A stretch of DNA of 64,000 nucleotides from Eledone cirrhosa (taxonomy: Eukaryota). Shown here in pieces: positions 41,843 to 55,081 of this stretch (position 1 is its first letter; every line of letters begins with the position of its first letter). The notes beneath the pieces are model-generated. The model saw only the letters and a program-made list of their open reading frames with translations, had not been told where the DNA came from and did not search any database. Position numbers and translations under genes: made by a program. The stretch is from the NCBI GenBank assembly GCA_964016885.1, contig OZ024755.1, forward strand, positions 2,046,001-2,110,000, written 5' to 3'.

Positions 41843-42227
41843 ACATCACCATGTAATTGCCTAGTCTTTAGCCTGCAGCCATCTACAGTTGTTGTTGCTG
41901 TTGTAGTAACAGTCTCTATTTCCATTCCCATGGTGAGGTGACACTAAATTAAGATACAACCCCAGAGGCACAATTTCCAACAACACCAACAACAACAATA
42001 CCACCACCACCACCACCAACAACACCACCACCACCACCACCACTACCCCCCCCCCCCACTACCACTACCCCCACCAACACCAACAACATGAACACTTCCA
42101 GCTAACACAATCAGCATCATCACTGCCACACACCACACCTCTTTTCTAACTATATGTCCACCACACTAAGCAAGGCAATCATCATCATCATCATCATCAC
42201 TAGCACTACATCATCATCACAATCATT

Positions 42228-42415
42228 GGTGAATTGGCAGTATTGGTAGAGGGTTGGATGCTATGTTTTCCAGCATAGTTACGTCCCTTTACAGTCCGAG
42301 TTCAAATCCCGCCGAGGTTAACTTTGCCTTTCATCCTTACGGGGTCGATAAAATAAAGTACCAGTAATGTACTGGGTATTTGCTGGCCTTGTGCCTAAAA
42401 TAGAAACAATTATTT
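42228..42415 (+). mobile_element. tRNA-derived SINE (S1)
   Basis: Full-length match to 3473-3660. Confidence 0.9.
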
Positions 42416-43182
42416 ATTATCCCTAATGTTATCACCACCAGTCCTTACATTAAAGACAGCTGGACAGTGGTGGCGGTGGTGGTGGTGGTGGAGATAGAGG
42501 TAAGGAACAAGCAGTAAAGCAAGTCTATCTCCTACACAAGGGAGTCTAACAAGGGAATTCCTTATCTCAAATCTATCAAGTTTGCAGCTGTAAAATGGTG
42601 ATGATTATATATACATATATACATACACACAATATATATACCTACATATATATACATCTCTCTCTCTCTCTATATATATATATAGAGAGAGAGCTTTTCC
42701 TGTGTTATATATATATATATATACATACACACAATATATATACCTACATATATATACATCTCTCTCTCTCTATATATATATATAGAGAGAGAGAGCTTTT
42801 CCTGTGTTATATATATATATAGCACAGGAAAAGCCTGTAATGAAGGTAAAACTACAACTTTAAAATATTAGAAAAGGAGCAAATGTAAATATATTTTGGT
42901 ATTCCTTTGTACAGAGAAAAACATAAGGATTACTGTTACAGGTTTCACAGATAGTTGTTTGTTCATCAGAAGACATTGCAACTTGCTAGAAATAGCAACC
43001 AAATAACTTGCATCACACTATATCTTAGAATATGATCAACACACTGAAAAATAGTCCCTGGGCAACTATGTCTGAAAAAGAAAACGACACCACCCTAGTT
43101 GGAACATCATTAATCATAATACTGACACCTTATGTCTAAACAGTAACACATTCCTTAGAAGGCCAGAGGCTGGAACTAACCA

Positions 43183-43388
43183 TTAACACTTTACCATTTA
43201 CATTTATTCTATATATACTATTATATTTTCACAGTAAAGGCTTTACATCACATGATGTCATTTCTATGAGATTTTGATATTTATTTTGAGAACAATAGCT
43301 GTATGAGCAGCTGGTTACAGCCGGTTTGAACAGAAATAGGTGAGAGAATTCTGGCTGGATATGGCCAGTTTAAATGCTAAAGGGTTAA
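43183..43388 (-). mobile_element. piggyBac-type MITE
   Basis: TTAA at both ends; termini C(A/C)CTTTA(C/G)CATT / AATGCTAAAGGG; homologous to 54686-54899. Confidence 0.75.
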
Positions 43389-44018
43389 GCTACAAATTCC
43401 TCACCCGGCAATGAATGTTTCAAGCAAGGTTGATACATAATCTCATATGGAATATGTAAAAGCAATTCTCTGCTACTTAAGGCAATCCATTTGGTACAGA
43501 AGAGTGACCAAAATAAACAGAGCCATTTTAATTTCATTTTGATAATATAGTCAGATGAACTGGACAGTATCCATAACTTTTGGAGCCCTTGGGATAGATA
43601 TAATTGATGTCCAGCTTGGACATCTGGAAAAAATAAATGTGAACAGGGAGCAAATATCAGAGGGCATAGAGTTTTGGGGGGATAATTGGGGGTTAAGTAA
43701 TTACTATAGCGTCTGAGATGTCTCCTTGAGGGTGATGAGCAGAGATAAGGAATGAGTATGCCTGGGGTAGAGTGGTCAGGCATCTAGCAGAGGAGCACAG
43801 GCCATCTGTAAGCAGTGGAATAATCTACATTGGTGATTGTATGTTTGCCAATCAGTCAGATAAGAATTACTGGCTATAACTTTGATAATATGTCACACTA
43901 GCTCAAGGGCAAAAGTAGGAATCAAGTTTGATGCCAAAGAAGAAATTCCTTGGTTGATCTCTTAAAATGACAACTAACAGTGGAGAAGAGTTGTTCCCTG
44001 AAAACTCTACCAGACTAG

Positions 44019-44051
<33 letters not shown>

Positions 44052-44067
44052 ATATATATATATATAT

Positions 44068-44444
44068 ATCATCATCATCATCATCATCATCGTTTTACGT
44101 CCATTCTTCCACGCTAGCATGGGTTAGACGGGTTGTCCTGTTGTGGGCAGTGTCTGGTCGGCTGACCATGCCTTGCTCATACAGGAACTGATCTGGCTTG
44201 ATTTCTACAGCTGGATGCCCTTCCTAACACCAACCTCATTTACAGTGAGTGCTGCGTGCTTTTTCGTGGCGCCTACACGTCCACTTTACAGTGTGGGCTG
44301 GGTGCTTTTTTGCCGTGGCACCTCCATGACCACCTTGCGGTGGGGGGAGTGGGGGCATATTGTTTATATGCTTCAGCATGTACCCATGGGAGGTCGGGTA
44401 CCCTGTATTACTGCGTGACGCCAGAAGTCACGGTCGTGTGTCAT

Positions 44445-44445
<1 letters not shown>
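44068..44445 (-). mobile_element. RTE-tailed SINE inserted in (TA)n
   Basis: (ATC)n then TTTTACGTCCATTCTTCCACGCTAGCATGGGTTAGACG...CTGGATGCCCTTCCTAACACCAACC. Confidence 0.8.
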
Positions 44446-44485
<40 letters not shown>

Positions 44486-44611
44486 TAATATATATATATA
44501 TATATAATATATATAATATATATAATATATATTATATATATTATATATATATATATATATTATATATATTATATATATATATATTATATATATTATATAT
44601 ATATATATATA

Positions 44612-44955
44612 TAGTAATAATAATAAATGTGAAGACTAAAATCCAAAGAGGGCGCGATAAGAATGAATATATATCAAATATATAAAAACATAGAGCAAAT
44701 ATTTATTAAAATAACAGATTAAAGTTTAAGCTAAGAATCGCTGCTTACACCCTTAATGGGATCTTCTGAAACCCATTAAGGGTGTAAGCAGCGATTCTTT
44801 GCTTAAACTTTCATGTTATTTTAATAAATATATATATAGTAATAATAATAAATTTGAAGACTAAAATCCAAAGAGGGCTCGATAAGGATAAATATATATC
44901 AAATATATAAGAACCCTAGAGCAAATATTTATTAAATATTAAACTTTAATCTGTT

Positions 44956-44962
<7 letters not shown>
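44612..44962. mobile_element. Family E: direct repeat plus ~62-bp hairpin in (TA)n
   Basis: 44612-44710 repeated at 44837-44935; inverted arms 44698-44760 / 44772-44832. Confidence 0.75.
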
Positions 44963-44997
<35 letters not shown>

Positions 44998-45424
44998 TAT
45001 CATATTATATTATATATATATACATACATGCATATATATATATATACATACGAAAAATAATAATCACCAAGGTCAAATCATTATTTAATTGATTTACAAA
45101 TGTTTCATTCAACAACAGAAGGAGGTAGGATCTAATTCCTTTATAGAGAAATCATTAGAATCAGTGGATAATATAGAGAAAGATATTTATTTACCGATTC
45201 CATGTTCTCGTGTGTCCTGATATGAAGATTTGTAAACAGTAAACACGTTTCATACTTAGGGAAAGCTTTATAAGCTATCTTTATATATATATATATATAT
45301 ATATATATTAGTTATATATAGTAATAATAATTATGAAGACTGACTGATTTTTCTCAGTTTCAGAAAATCCCGTAATAGGGTGAAAGCAGAAATTCTTTGC
45401 TTAAACTTTAATCTGTATTAATAA

Positions 45425-45617
45425 TAATAATTGTTTCTACTTTTGGCACAAGGCCAGCAATTACCAAGTACATTACTGGTACTTTATTTTATTGACCCTG
45501 TAAGGATGAAAGCAAAGTTAACCTCGGCAGGATTTGAACTCAGATCATAAAGGGCCGTAACTCTATGCTGCAAAGCATGGTGTCCGACCCTCTACCGATA
45601 CTGTCAATCAACCGCCC
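45425..45617 (-). mobile_element. tRNA-derived SINE (S1)
   Basis: Reverse complement of 3473-3660. Confidence 0.9.
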
Positions 45618-45624
45618 TATAATA

Positions 45625-45895
45625 ATAATGGTTTCTTTATTGGCCACAAGGGCTCACACAAAGAAAAACATAAGAGACGGCACAGAACGGTACAGGTCGA
45701 TACAAACTGGGTTTTGGTCGTGTAAATAGGTTATAACAAGATAGAAATCGGGATAGAAATCAAAAAGATTCAAACAACAAAAATTCTCCAAAAAGGAGGA
45801 AACCTCCGAGGGTCACTCGTGGCGAAAACCACACAAAAAAGATCACGGCTACCCTGACCACAAGGGCTGACATGTAGGGGACAATACAAAGACCC
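45625..45895 (-). mobile_element. Probable LINE 3'UTR end (Tx1/L1-like)
   Basis: Minus strand ends CCCTTGTGGCCAATAAAGAAA (polyA signal); CpG-rich relative to flanks; motif CCACAAGGGCT duplicated. Confidence 0.45.
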
Positions 45896-46254
45896 CTACA
45901 ATATATATATAATTATATGCTAGTATATAACTAGGAAAGATAGTTTAGATCTTAAGTAATAATTGTATCTTGATTATTGGAAATGAAGAACGGTAAGCTT
46001 CCTATTTAATCTAGAATCATCTAGTATCACCAATGAAGGTACAGCTGACTAATTAAACAAACTAACAAATCCTTCAATTTGTATCAAATCTAGGAGCTCA
46101 GAAAAGGAAGGATTATTCTCTGGCAAACATGATATGATTTAATAAGAGACTGCTTCCTTTCAGGCTATTAATTTATGTAGGAAACCTTATCAGGACCAGA
46201 ATCGGTCGAAGAGGAAGAACCCTTACACTAATTAGTAGATCTAACATGTTGGTA

Positions 46255-46676
46255 ATAATGGTTTGTAATTCAGGCAGAGGATTAGCAGTTTGAGAGGGGA
46301 GGGGAAGTTGATTATATTGACTCCCCTCCAGTATATGACTGGTATTTATTGATCTTGGTGGAATTTGAATTTGGAAGGTAAAGGGACGTAACTAAATGCA
46401 GTAAAGCAGTTGGTCTGATGTTCTAATTATTCTAGCCATCCACTTCCTTCAGCTAGTATCTAAAATGGTTTCTGATTTAGTCACAAGGCCAACAATTTTT
46501 GGAGAGGAAAGTTGATTAAATTGACCCCCAGTGCATTACTGGTACTTTATTTTATTGACCCCGTAAGGATGAATGGTAAAGCTAACCTCTTTGGGAATTG
46601 AACTCAGAATATAAAGGGCCATAACACTATGCCACAAAGCACGACGTCCGACAATTTACCGATTACTAGCGATCCC
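46255..46676 (-). mobile_element. Two adjacent S1-type SINEs (one old, one younger)
   Basis: ACTGGTA(C)TTTATT..., GAATTTGAA/GAATTGAACTCAGA B-box complements at 46255-46445 and 46464-46676. Confidence 0.75.
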
Positions 46677-47135
46677 TAGCCTTGAGCTAGCATCTAATAA
46701 TGAGAATAAATAAACCTGTGATAAATCCGTCAGGTTAATAACTAATAAGAAAGGAGAGCCAGGTGGATTTGTGGCAAAAGCCAACACTTTAACATGATAG
46801 TATGTGTTGGAAGTTAAGAGAAAGAAGCTGAGAAATGAGGAATGATTTCCTCAGAAAGAGAAAAAAAACCAAACTGTTTGCCTGTATAATGATTTGTAGT
46901 TGTAAATCTAAAGGCTGACTCGTTCTGTTCACTAGTTACTGTGGTTACAATCAATACTGTAATAAGTTCCTAGAGAGGCTCAGAGAGAAACAAAAAATCA
47001 ATGTAGTGGGTTCTGGGAGTTTCTTTATACTCTATATATACTATATATATATATATATATATATATATGCTACACCTATTTATGCTTCCAACACACACAC
47101 AGACACATAGACATTATATATATCTATATATATAT

Positions 47136-47169
<34 letters not shown>

Positions 47170-47268
47170 GCTACGCCTATTTATGCTTCCAACAGACATA
47201 TAGTCATTATATATATATATATATATATATACTACACCTATTTATGCTTCCAACACACACAGACACAT

Positions 47269-47813
<545 letters not shown>

Positions 47814-47942
47814 CCCATGCTAGCGTGGAAAATGGACGTTAAACGAAGATGATGATGATGATGATATATATATATATAGAGAGAAATGTGTGTATGTTAG
47901 AAGCAGAGATAGGTGTAGCATACAATATATATATATATATGA

Positions 47943-47983
<41 letters not shown>

Positions 47984-48086
47984 CGTTAGAAACAGACAGG
48001 TATAATAGCCTATAATGCAGGTGTTTTTTTTTTATACATATACAGATGACTGCATTGTACAATAGAATGTTTGTACATATATATAT

Positions 48087-48317
48087 ATAGGAAAAAGTAT
48101 GACCCCGACGGCAGAGCTCAAGCCGTTTCGACGGCTATTTCTGGACTCAGAAAGATAGATAAACAGATAGATAGACAGTCCAGAAATAGCTGTTGAAACG
48201 GCTTGAGCTCTGCCGTCGGGGTCATACTTTTTCCTATTTCCCACTCTACTACCCTAAGTATTGAGTACTCTGGTGTGTTATGGTCCATCTGGTTCCTTAC
48301 CACAATTCCTTTGTTAT
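48087..48317 (+). mobile_element. Family C fold-back element in (TA)n
   Basis: Arms 48087-48146 / 48178-48237 around a (GATA)-like spacer; right arm holds the hammerhead 3' half GAAA-CGGC..GCCG-UC. Confidence 0.87.
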
Positions 48318-48502
48318 ATATATATATATATAGATAGATATCATTTAACGTCCATTTTCCACACTGATATATATATATATATATATATCATCATCTTCGT
48401 TTAATGGCCACTTTCCACACTAGCATGGGTTAGACATATATATATATGTTAAAAGGCCACTGCTATGCATGTACAGATAACTGCCTTGTATAATACAATG
48501 TT

Positions 48503-48745
48503 TTCATCATCATCATTTTACGTCCACTTTTCCCTGCTTGCAAGGTTGGACGAGTCTTATTTAGCACAGCATCTCTCCACTTGTCACGGTCCTTTGTCAT
48601 CTCCACCGTGAGCTTCAGTGATCTGAGGTCTGTTCTCACCACCTCCGCCCATGTTTTTCGTGGTCTACCTCTACCACGTCTTCCTTCAACTGGCATTTCC
48701 TGGCACTTCTTCACCCATCGGTCATCCTCCATGCACATCACATGT
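48503..48745 (-). mobile_element. RTE LINE ORF2 3' end with (GAT)n tail
   Basis: HVMCMEDDRWVKKCQEMPVEGRRGRGRPRKTWAEVVRTDLRSLKLTVEMTKDRDKWRDAV. Confidence 0.9.
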
Positions 48746-50154
48746 ATGAATGTATATATACATATCTGTGTGGTGTGTGTATATATATATATATGTATAT
48801 ATATATATGTGTGTGTGTTAAAAAGCAATTGCTAAACATGTCGTACAGATGATTATATGGTGTGCTATAATATATGTGTTTATTCACTCATAGAACAAAC
48901 AAGAAGAGACAAACACACACAAGGAATGAGACACAGATCAAATTTTTGCTTAAATTACAATAAACAGTTAAGATATGTAAATACAGTCAACTGTGTATGT
49001 ATAGCTAGAGACACACAATGCCCAGTGTATATATAATATACAAACATATATACGCACACATCTAGGTATATCTAGAATGTATACCTATACACACACAATT
49101 TCCAGTGTATATATAATATAGAAACATATAAATATATATATATACACATCTAGGTATATGTAGGTGGTACATATGATAAAATAAAAACAAATGAATGCAA
49201 AACTGCAAAATAATACTCCCTTCATAAAAATAATTATAATAATAATAATGGTTTCTGATTTAGGGACAAGGCCAACAATTTAAGGGGAGGGGAAGTCAAG
49301 TAAATCAACCCCAGTGTGTTACTGGTACTTTATAATAACAATAATGGTAATTTGGATGGATAGATAGACAAATAGATAGATAAATAGATATATAATATGG
49401 ACAGAAAGATAGATAAACAGATAGACAGATGAATAGATAATATATATAGACAGACTGATAGAGAGATAGAGAGATAGACAGCTAGATAGACAGACAGATA
49501 CATACAGGAATGCCACAGATATAGCAAACAACACAAAACCTGAATATGATACATCAATGTAATATTCTAGATTCTATTTTAGATTCTTGGGTTCTAATCT
49601 CTTTAGAGATATTCATCTCTTCATTATAATTATAAGGTGTTGTTATATCTCATAACTAGGTTTAGATGGCCTCCTCTGAAGTTCCATCTCATAGCAGGGC
49701 TTTTTTCAAGTGTTTTAATAATAGGAGACCCCAGTAACTGAGCAATTATCCAATAAGTTAGCAGTTTGTATTGCCTCCAGCACTGGTGTGTATCCAAGAG
49801 GAAACACACTCAAATTTAAGCAAACTTATCCACTAAACTGTAAATATTCACCACAGATTTATTTTAATTGGCCACAGTAAGCAGATCTTGAAGAACACTC
49901 CAGCACAGTACATCATTCTATTTAGAGGTTCTGATGTCTAAAATATTCTTGAAATGTACAAACCACTATGACTCCATCATATTAAAAATTAAAGTCTTTA
50001 CTTTAATACGGCAAATGTTTACAACAACCTGTCCACTAGTAAATGTATTATGAACATCTGAATTAACAAACCTGTTTTTTGATATTTTCTGCTAAATCAT
50101 TGCAGGATGTTAAACGCTGAATACAGACAGTACATGGAACTGGTAATGTTTTTC

Positions 50155-50395
50155 ACTGGGTAAAGAGGTGCCAGGAAATCCCAGTGGAAGGAAGTCACAG
50201 TAGAGGAAGACCAAGGAAGACCTGGGCAAAGAGAGGTGGGGTTGAGAGTTGATCTAAAATCACTGAAACTCACAGTGTAGATGATGGAGGATTGCGACAT
50301 GTGGAGAGATGCTGTATTGAAAAGGACCTGTCCAACCCATGCAAGTGTGGCAAAGCGGACGTATAAATTATGATGGTGATGGTGATGATGATGCA
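50155..50395 (+). mobile_element. Decayed copy of the same RTE 3' end
   Basis: Similar to reverse complement of 48503-48745; ends AACCCATGCAAGTGTGGCAAAGCGGACGT...GATGATG. Confidence 0.75.
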
Positions 50396-51260
50396 ACAGG
50401 CTACTGAACAGAACCCACTAAGCACATATTTATTAAGCAACAAGCGTAGACCAGACTTGAGAATGGAGAGCTGAGATTTGAAGTCTATGCTTATAATAGA
50501 TATATTCCGACATCTGAATGTAATATTTCTGCTGATTCTATCATATACATCTTATATAAAATATTGCAACAATGAACATAAATATGCAAGTCAATTTGTG
50601 CAGCCATGCAAATGCATACATCATGCATGCATGCATATCTAAATGCATATATATATACACTTACATGTGCAAATGATATTTTGGCACTTGCAATTTTGTG
50701 GAATAAAAGAACATGCCTGCACCCCCCACACACGTTCTCCCACACACAGACCTATACACGTACATACACACGTTCTCCCACACACAGACCTACACACGTA
50801 CATACACACGCTCTCCCACACACGTACATACACATGTTCTCCCACACACAGACCTACACACATTCTCACACATATAAATGAAATAGGCAACAGAATATGT
50901 GTTCACCGCTCAAATACAGTTCTACTGCAAACGCATGCAACACATGCAGCACATGCATGATGAATGCAGACAACTGTAGGGAGTATTATACTAAACCTTT
51001 TATCATTCCTAACATGCAGCAACTTGAGAAATTTAAGCAACGGAGGAGGGGGAGGAGATGAAACAACAAGTCCTCTCCCCACCCCCTTCTACCCCATTAC
51101 AAACAACTCCTATTGCATCTCCCCCCTCCCCCTATCTATGCCTAACTATCTATCTACTTTATCACTGTTTATCAATATACCTACTTTCTATTTATTTACT
51201 TACCTACCTACTTAGCAGGGAAACCGGATGTTAAATGAAGATTGCATATGGATATATATG

Positions 51261-51459
51261 TGAGAAAACCACAGACCCTCGATCTCAACTCTACTTTTGA
51301 AAGGCAGAAGAACTGCGAAACCGGTAAAGGAACCAAATAAATATATATATTTATTTAAAAATAAGACTCCAGTTGCATTTTCGATTTCATCTTTTTTTCT
51401 TTATACTTTCACTCGTGTAGGACACCTCGGTTATTTTTCATTTTGTAAAAAAACCTCAC

Positions 51460-51468
<9 letters not shown>
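51261..51468 (+). mobile_element. Family D element, 3' end fused to (TA)n
   Basis: Nearly identical to 13899-14106. Confidence 0.87.
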
Positions 51469-51516
<48 letters not shown>

Positions 51517-51635
51517 AATTGCTGACCTCGTGCCTATACTAGAAACCATTATCATTATTATTGTTACTATTACATCCATTACTACTAAAGAGTTCCTTTC
51601 TGGACATGGTCTGCTGAGTTTTATATATATTATTT

Positions 51636-51958
51636 CAAAATATTAATAAATATAGACATTCATGTGATCTAATATATTTTATTATACATATTTCTTGGCA
51701 GACTGGAATTGAACCATCAGCACAGTTGAGGTATGTCAGACATCAATTTATTTTATCTGATGAGGACGTACTGATGAAATAGCTCAGTACCTCTGAAATA
51801 TGTATAATAAAATATATTTGATAACATGAATGTCTATATTTATTAATATTTTAAAGTAATATTAATAACTCCAGAAAACCTTTTTGTTGAGTGCTTCTAA
51901 TCTATTGTAAAACTTTATTCATTGATTAATCAATGAACCTTGTTAAACTTTTGATCAT
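51636..51958 (+). mobile_element. Family B fold-back element with hammerhead 51750-51813
   Basis: Inverted arms 51637-51693 / 51795-51852; CUGAUGA at 51757, GAAA at 51795; 3' end runs into (TA)n. Confidence 0.82.
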
Positions 51959-52122
51959 TATATATATATATATATATATATACTGTAAATGTGGTTGGCA
52001 TTCGGAAGCGCGTCCAGTCGTGGAAACCAAGCCAAAATCAGTTCTGTATGAGCAAGATATGGTCATCCGACTGGGCCTGTCTCACAACGGGACAACTCAT
52101 CTAACCCATGCTAGTGATGATG

Positions 52123-52159
<37 letters not shown>

Positions 52160-52384
52160 TATATATATAGTTACATAGGAAAACAAAACAATGGTAAACA
52201 AACAGGAGAATAATGAAGAGTTGATGGTGCTAAAATGTGGTATATATGATATTCCAACCAAACTTGTATGTTTGTTGTGGTGGTTGCTTGCTGTGAAGCT
52301 GTGAAGCAATAGGTCTTTAGTTTTCATTATATTGTTGTATTGATAACGAGATAAGTAACACTTGAATATAAAAGAGAGAGAGGG

Positions 52385-52434
<50 letters not shown>

Positions 52435-52767
52435 ATGGAAACCTTCGCTAGAAACACAAGCAGAACTAATAACTCGATGTTTGCTTATGGAAATTAAGGA
52501 CATTAATAAAATATTTGGCGCCGCCAAATGCAAGGCACGATAGCACAGTACCCTTAGTTATTTTATTATGTGTTAGAGAGCAGTGATTTAAGTAACCAGT
52601 TGTGTATGTGTGTGTGGTGGTATATATATACATATATATGAGAGTGTGTATGTATATATATATGTGTGTGTGTATGTATGTGTGTGTATATATATGTGTG
52701 CGTGTGTGTGTATAGCAGGGAAAACATTAAATGATGATGATGACATTACTATTTATGAGAATGTGTG

Positions 52768-53428
52768 TTGGTAGTGGTGGCGGTGTTGGTGGTGATGGTG
52801 GTTGTGATGGTGATGGTAGTGGTGGTGGTGGTTGTGATGGTAGTGGTGGTTGTGATGGTGATGGTGGTGGTTGTGATAGTGGTGGTGGTTGTGATGGTAG
52901 TGGTGTTGGTGGTGAAGATAGTGGTGGTGGTTGTGATGGTAGTGGTGGTGTTGTTGGTGGTGGTAGTGGTGTTGGTGGTGGTAGTGGTGGTGGTTGTGAT
53001 GGTAGTGGTGGTGGTTGTGACGGTAGTGGTGGTGGTGGTGGTTGTGATGGTGGTGGTGGTTGTGATGGTAGTGGTGGTAGTAGTGGTGGTGATTGCGATG
53101 GTGGTGGTTGTGTTGGTGGTTGTGATGGTAGTGGTGTTGGTGGTGATGGTAGTGGTGGTGGTTGTGATGGTGGTGGTAGTGGTGGTGGTAGTGGTGTTGG
53201 TGGTGTTGGTGGTGGTAGTGGTGTTGGTGGTGGTAGTGGTGGTGGTTGTGATGGTGGTGGTAGTGGTGGTGGTTGTGATGGTAGTGGTGGTGGTTGTGAT
53301 GGTAGTGGTGGTAGTAGTGGTGTTGGTTGCGATGGTGGTGGTTGTGTTGGTGGTTGTGATGGTAGTGGTGTTGGTGGTGATGGTGATGGTAGTGGTGTTG
53401 GTAATGATGGTTGTGATGGTGATGATGA
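52768..53428. repeat. Cryptic (GGT)n/TGTGAT repeat
   Basis: GGTGGTTGTGATGGTAGT modules; no splice context. Confidence 0.85.
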
Positions 53429-54685
53429 CCGAGATGACTTGTAATGGAGAAAACATCACACTCTTAATAAGTTACCATAGTTAGAAGGGAAACAAAAATC
53501 TGTGCCAATTATTGTTGCCCTAGGGGTCACCTGATCGGAGACAGTATTATTACAATGTAGACATCATCATCATCATCAGCAACAGTTTTCACACACTTTT
53601 CCAACTCTTTCTGTTGTGTTTTTCTTCCTTTCTTCAATACGTATTGTTTATTTTCTTTCTTGCTATAATTATTATTCCTCTTATCCTCCACCGCCACTAG
53701 AACATATATTCTCACCTATGAACACCTTCTATGATACATTTGTTTATTATTTTAATTTGATGGCAAAGTTTGTGAAGTTCTGGCAATTTTCTTGACTCCT
53801 AAGTTACACCTGAATAAAAACAAATATAAAAAAAAACAAAAAAAAAAAACGAAGACTCCCCCCCACCTCAAAACAATTTTACCACCTTTATTTATAAATA
53901 TGTTCCAATGCTGCCTGTAGTATATAGCTAACAGAAGAAAACTTGTTTGTTTACAGAGAAATACTACACTAATTATTCTACAGTCTGTTTTGAATCACAA
54001 GAATCTTCAAGACAAGAGCTTATTTCTTGGTTTCTATAGCATTAAACAGATGAAGGGTTGATCTTAGACTACATAGAACAAACATTGGTATATTGCAGAT
54101 AATTTTAAACTGTAAGAAGAATTGAAGGCACCAATATACAATGTAAAGGTGAGGGAAAGGCAGAGCTTGGATGAACTGAGGGAAAAACTGGGTTTGAACT
54201 CACAACATAAATCAAATATAATTATTAAATATTTATTTTACTTGAATATTTTAGAGAAGGGCCTCAAATTTCAAATACTTTAGGGCCTCAGCAGATAAAA
54301 GTCTGGCCCTACAAGGACCTGGTGGTGGTGTTGAGCAGTGTTGACTGTACTAAAGACACCCAAGGACCTGATGTTGGTGGTGTTGAACAGAGCAATGGAT
54401 TAAGTTTATATCTAAATATTCTATATGATTAATTAACAATATGAATAATTCAAAAGATTAATGAGTTCAATTTAAGTCCAGTAATCAAACTGTTTGAAAC
54501 GTGTTCAACAAAAAAGTAAATAAATCAATAAATATATAAATGAAAATACAACATAACAATATCGTAAATTAGTTTCATGGTCCTTAATTATCTGATTTCG
54601 TTTTGTTGTTTTGTTTTATTTTTGTACTATTAATCCTTTGGAGACAAAATCTAGAGATGCTTCTTTATCAAAGATAAAACAATAT

Positions 54686-54899
54686 TTAACCCTGTAGCAT
54701 TTAAACCAGCCATATCCAGCCAGAATTCTCTCACCTCTTTCTGTTTAAACTTGCAGTAACCGGTCACTCATACTGATGTAAAGTTATTGTTCTCAAAATA
54801 AATAATATCAAAATGTCATAGATTCGATATTATGTGAAATAAAGTGATTGCCGCAAAGATATAATAATATATGGAGTAATGTAAATGCTAAAGGGTTTT
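54686..54899 (+). mobile_element. piggyBac-type MITE
   Basis: TTAA-CCCTGTAGCATTTA ... TAAATGCTAAAGGG terminal inverted repeats. Confidence 0.78.
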
Positions 54900-55081
54900 A
54901 AAAAGCCAAGAAACCAACACAAAAAAAATGTGGTACTATTTAAAATTCTATCCAAAATATTTGAATCTCAGGTAACAAAGAAAATAAAACCTGGTCTGAC
55001 ATCAAAATAATAAACTATCTACGCCTTTCCATGTGGTATTCTACAACAACAACCAACATATACATTCATCTCTCACAGCCA

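Noticed and set aside
43385-43870. 132-aa minus ORF / possible CR1-like remnant (DGLCSS)
   Set aside because: Too decayed to assign; not a host gene
52731-53484. Gly/Cys-rich structural-protein-like ORF
   Set aside because: Cryptic (GGT)n repeat open in multiple frames; its ATGs come from an RTE (GAT)n tail
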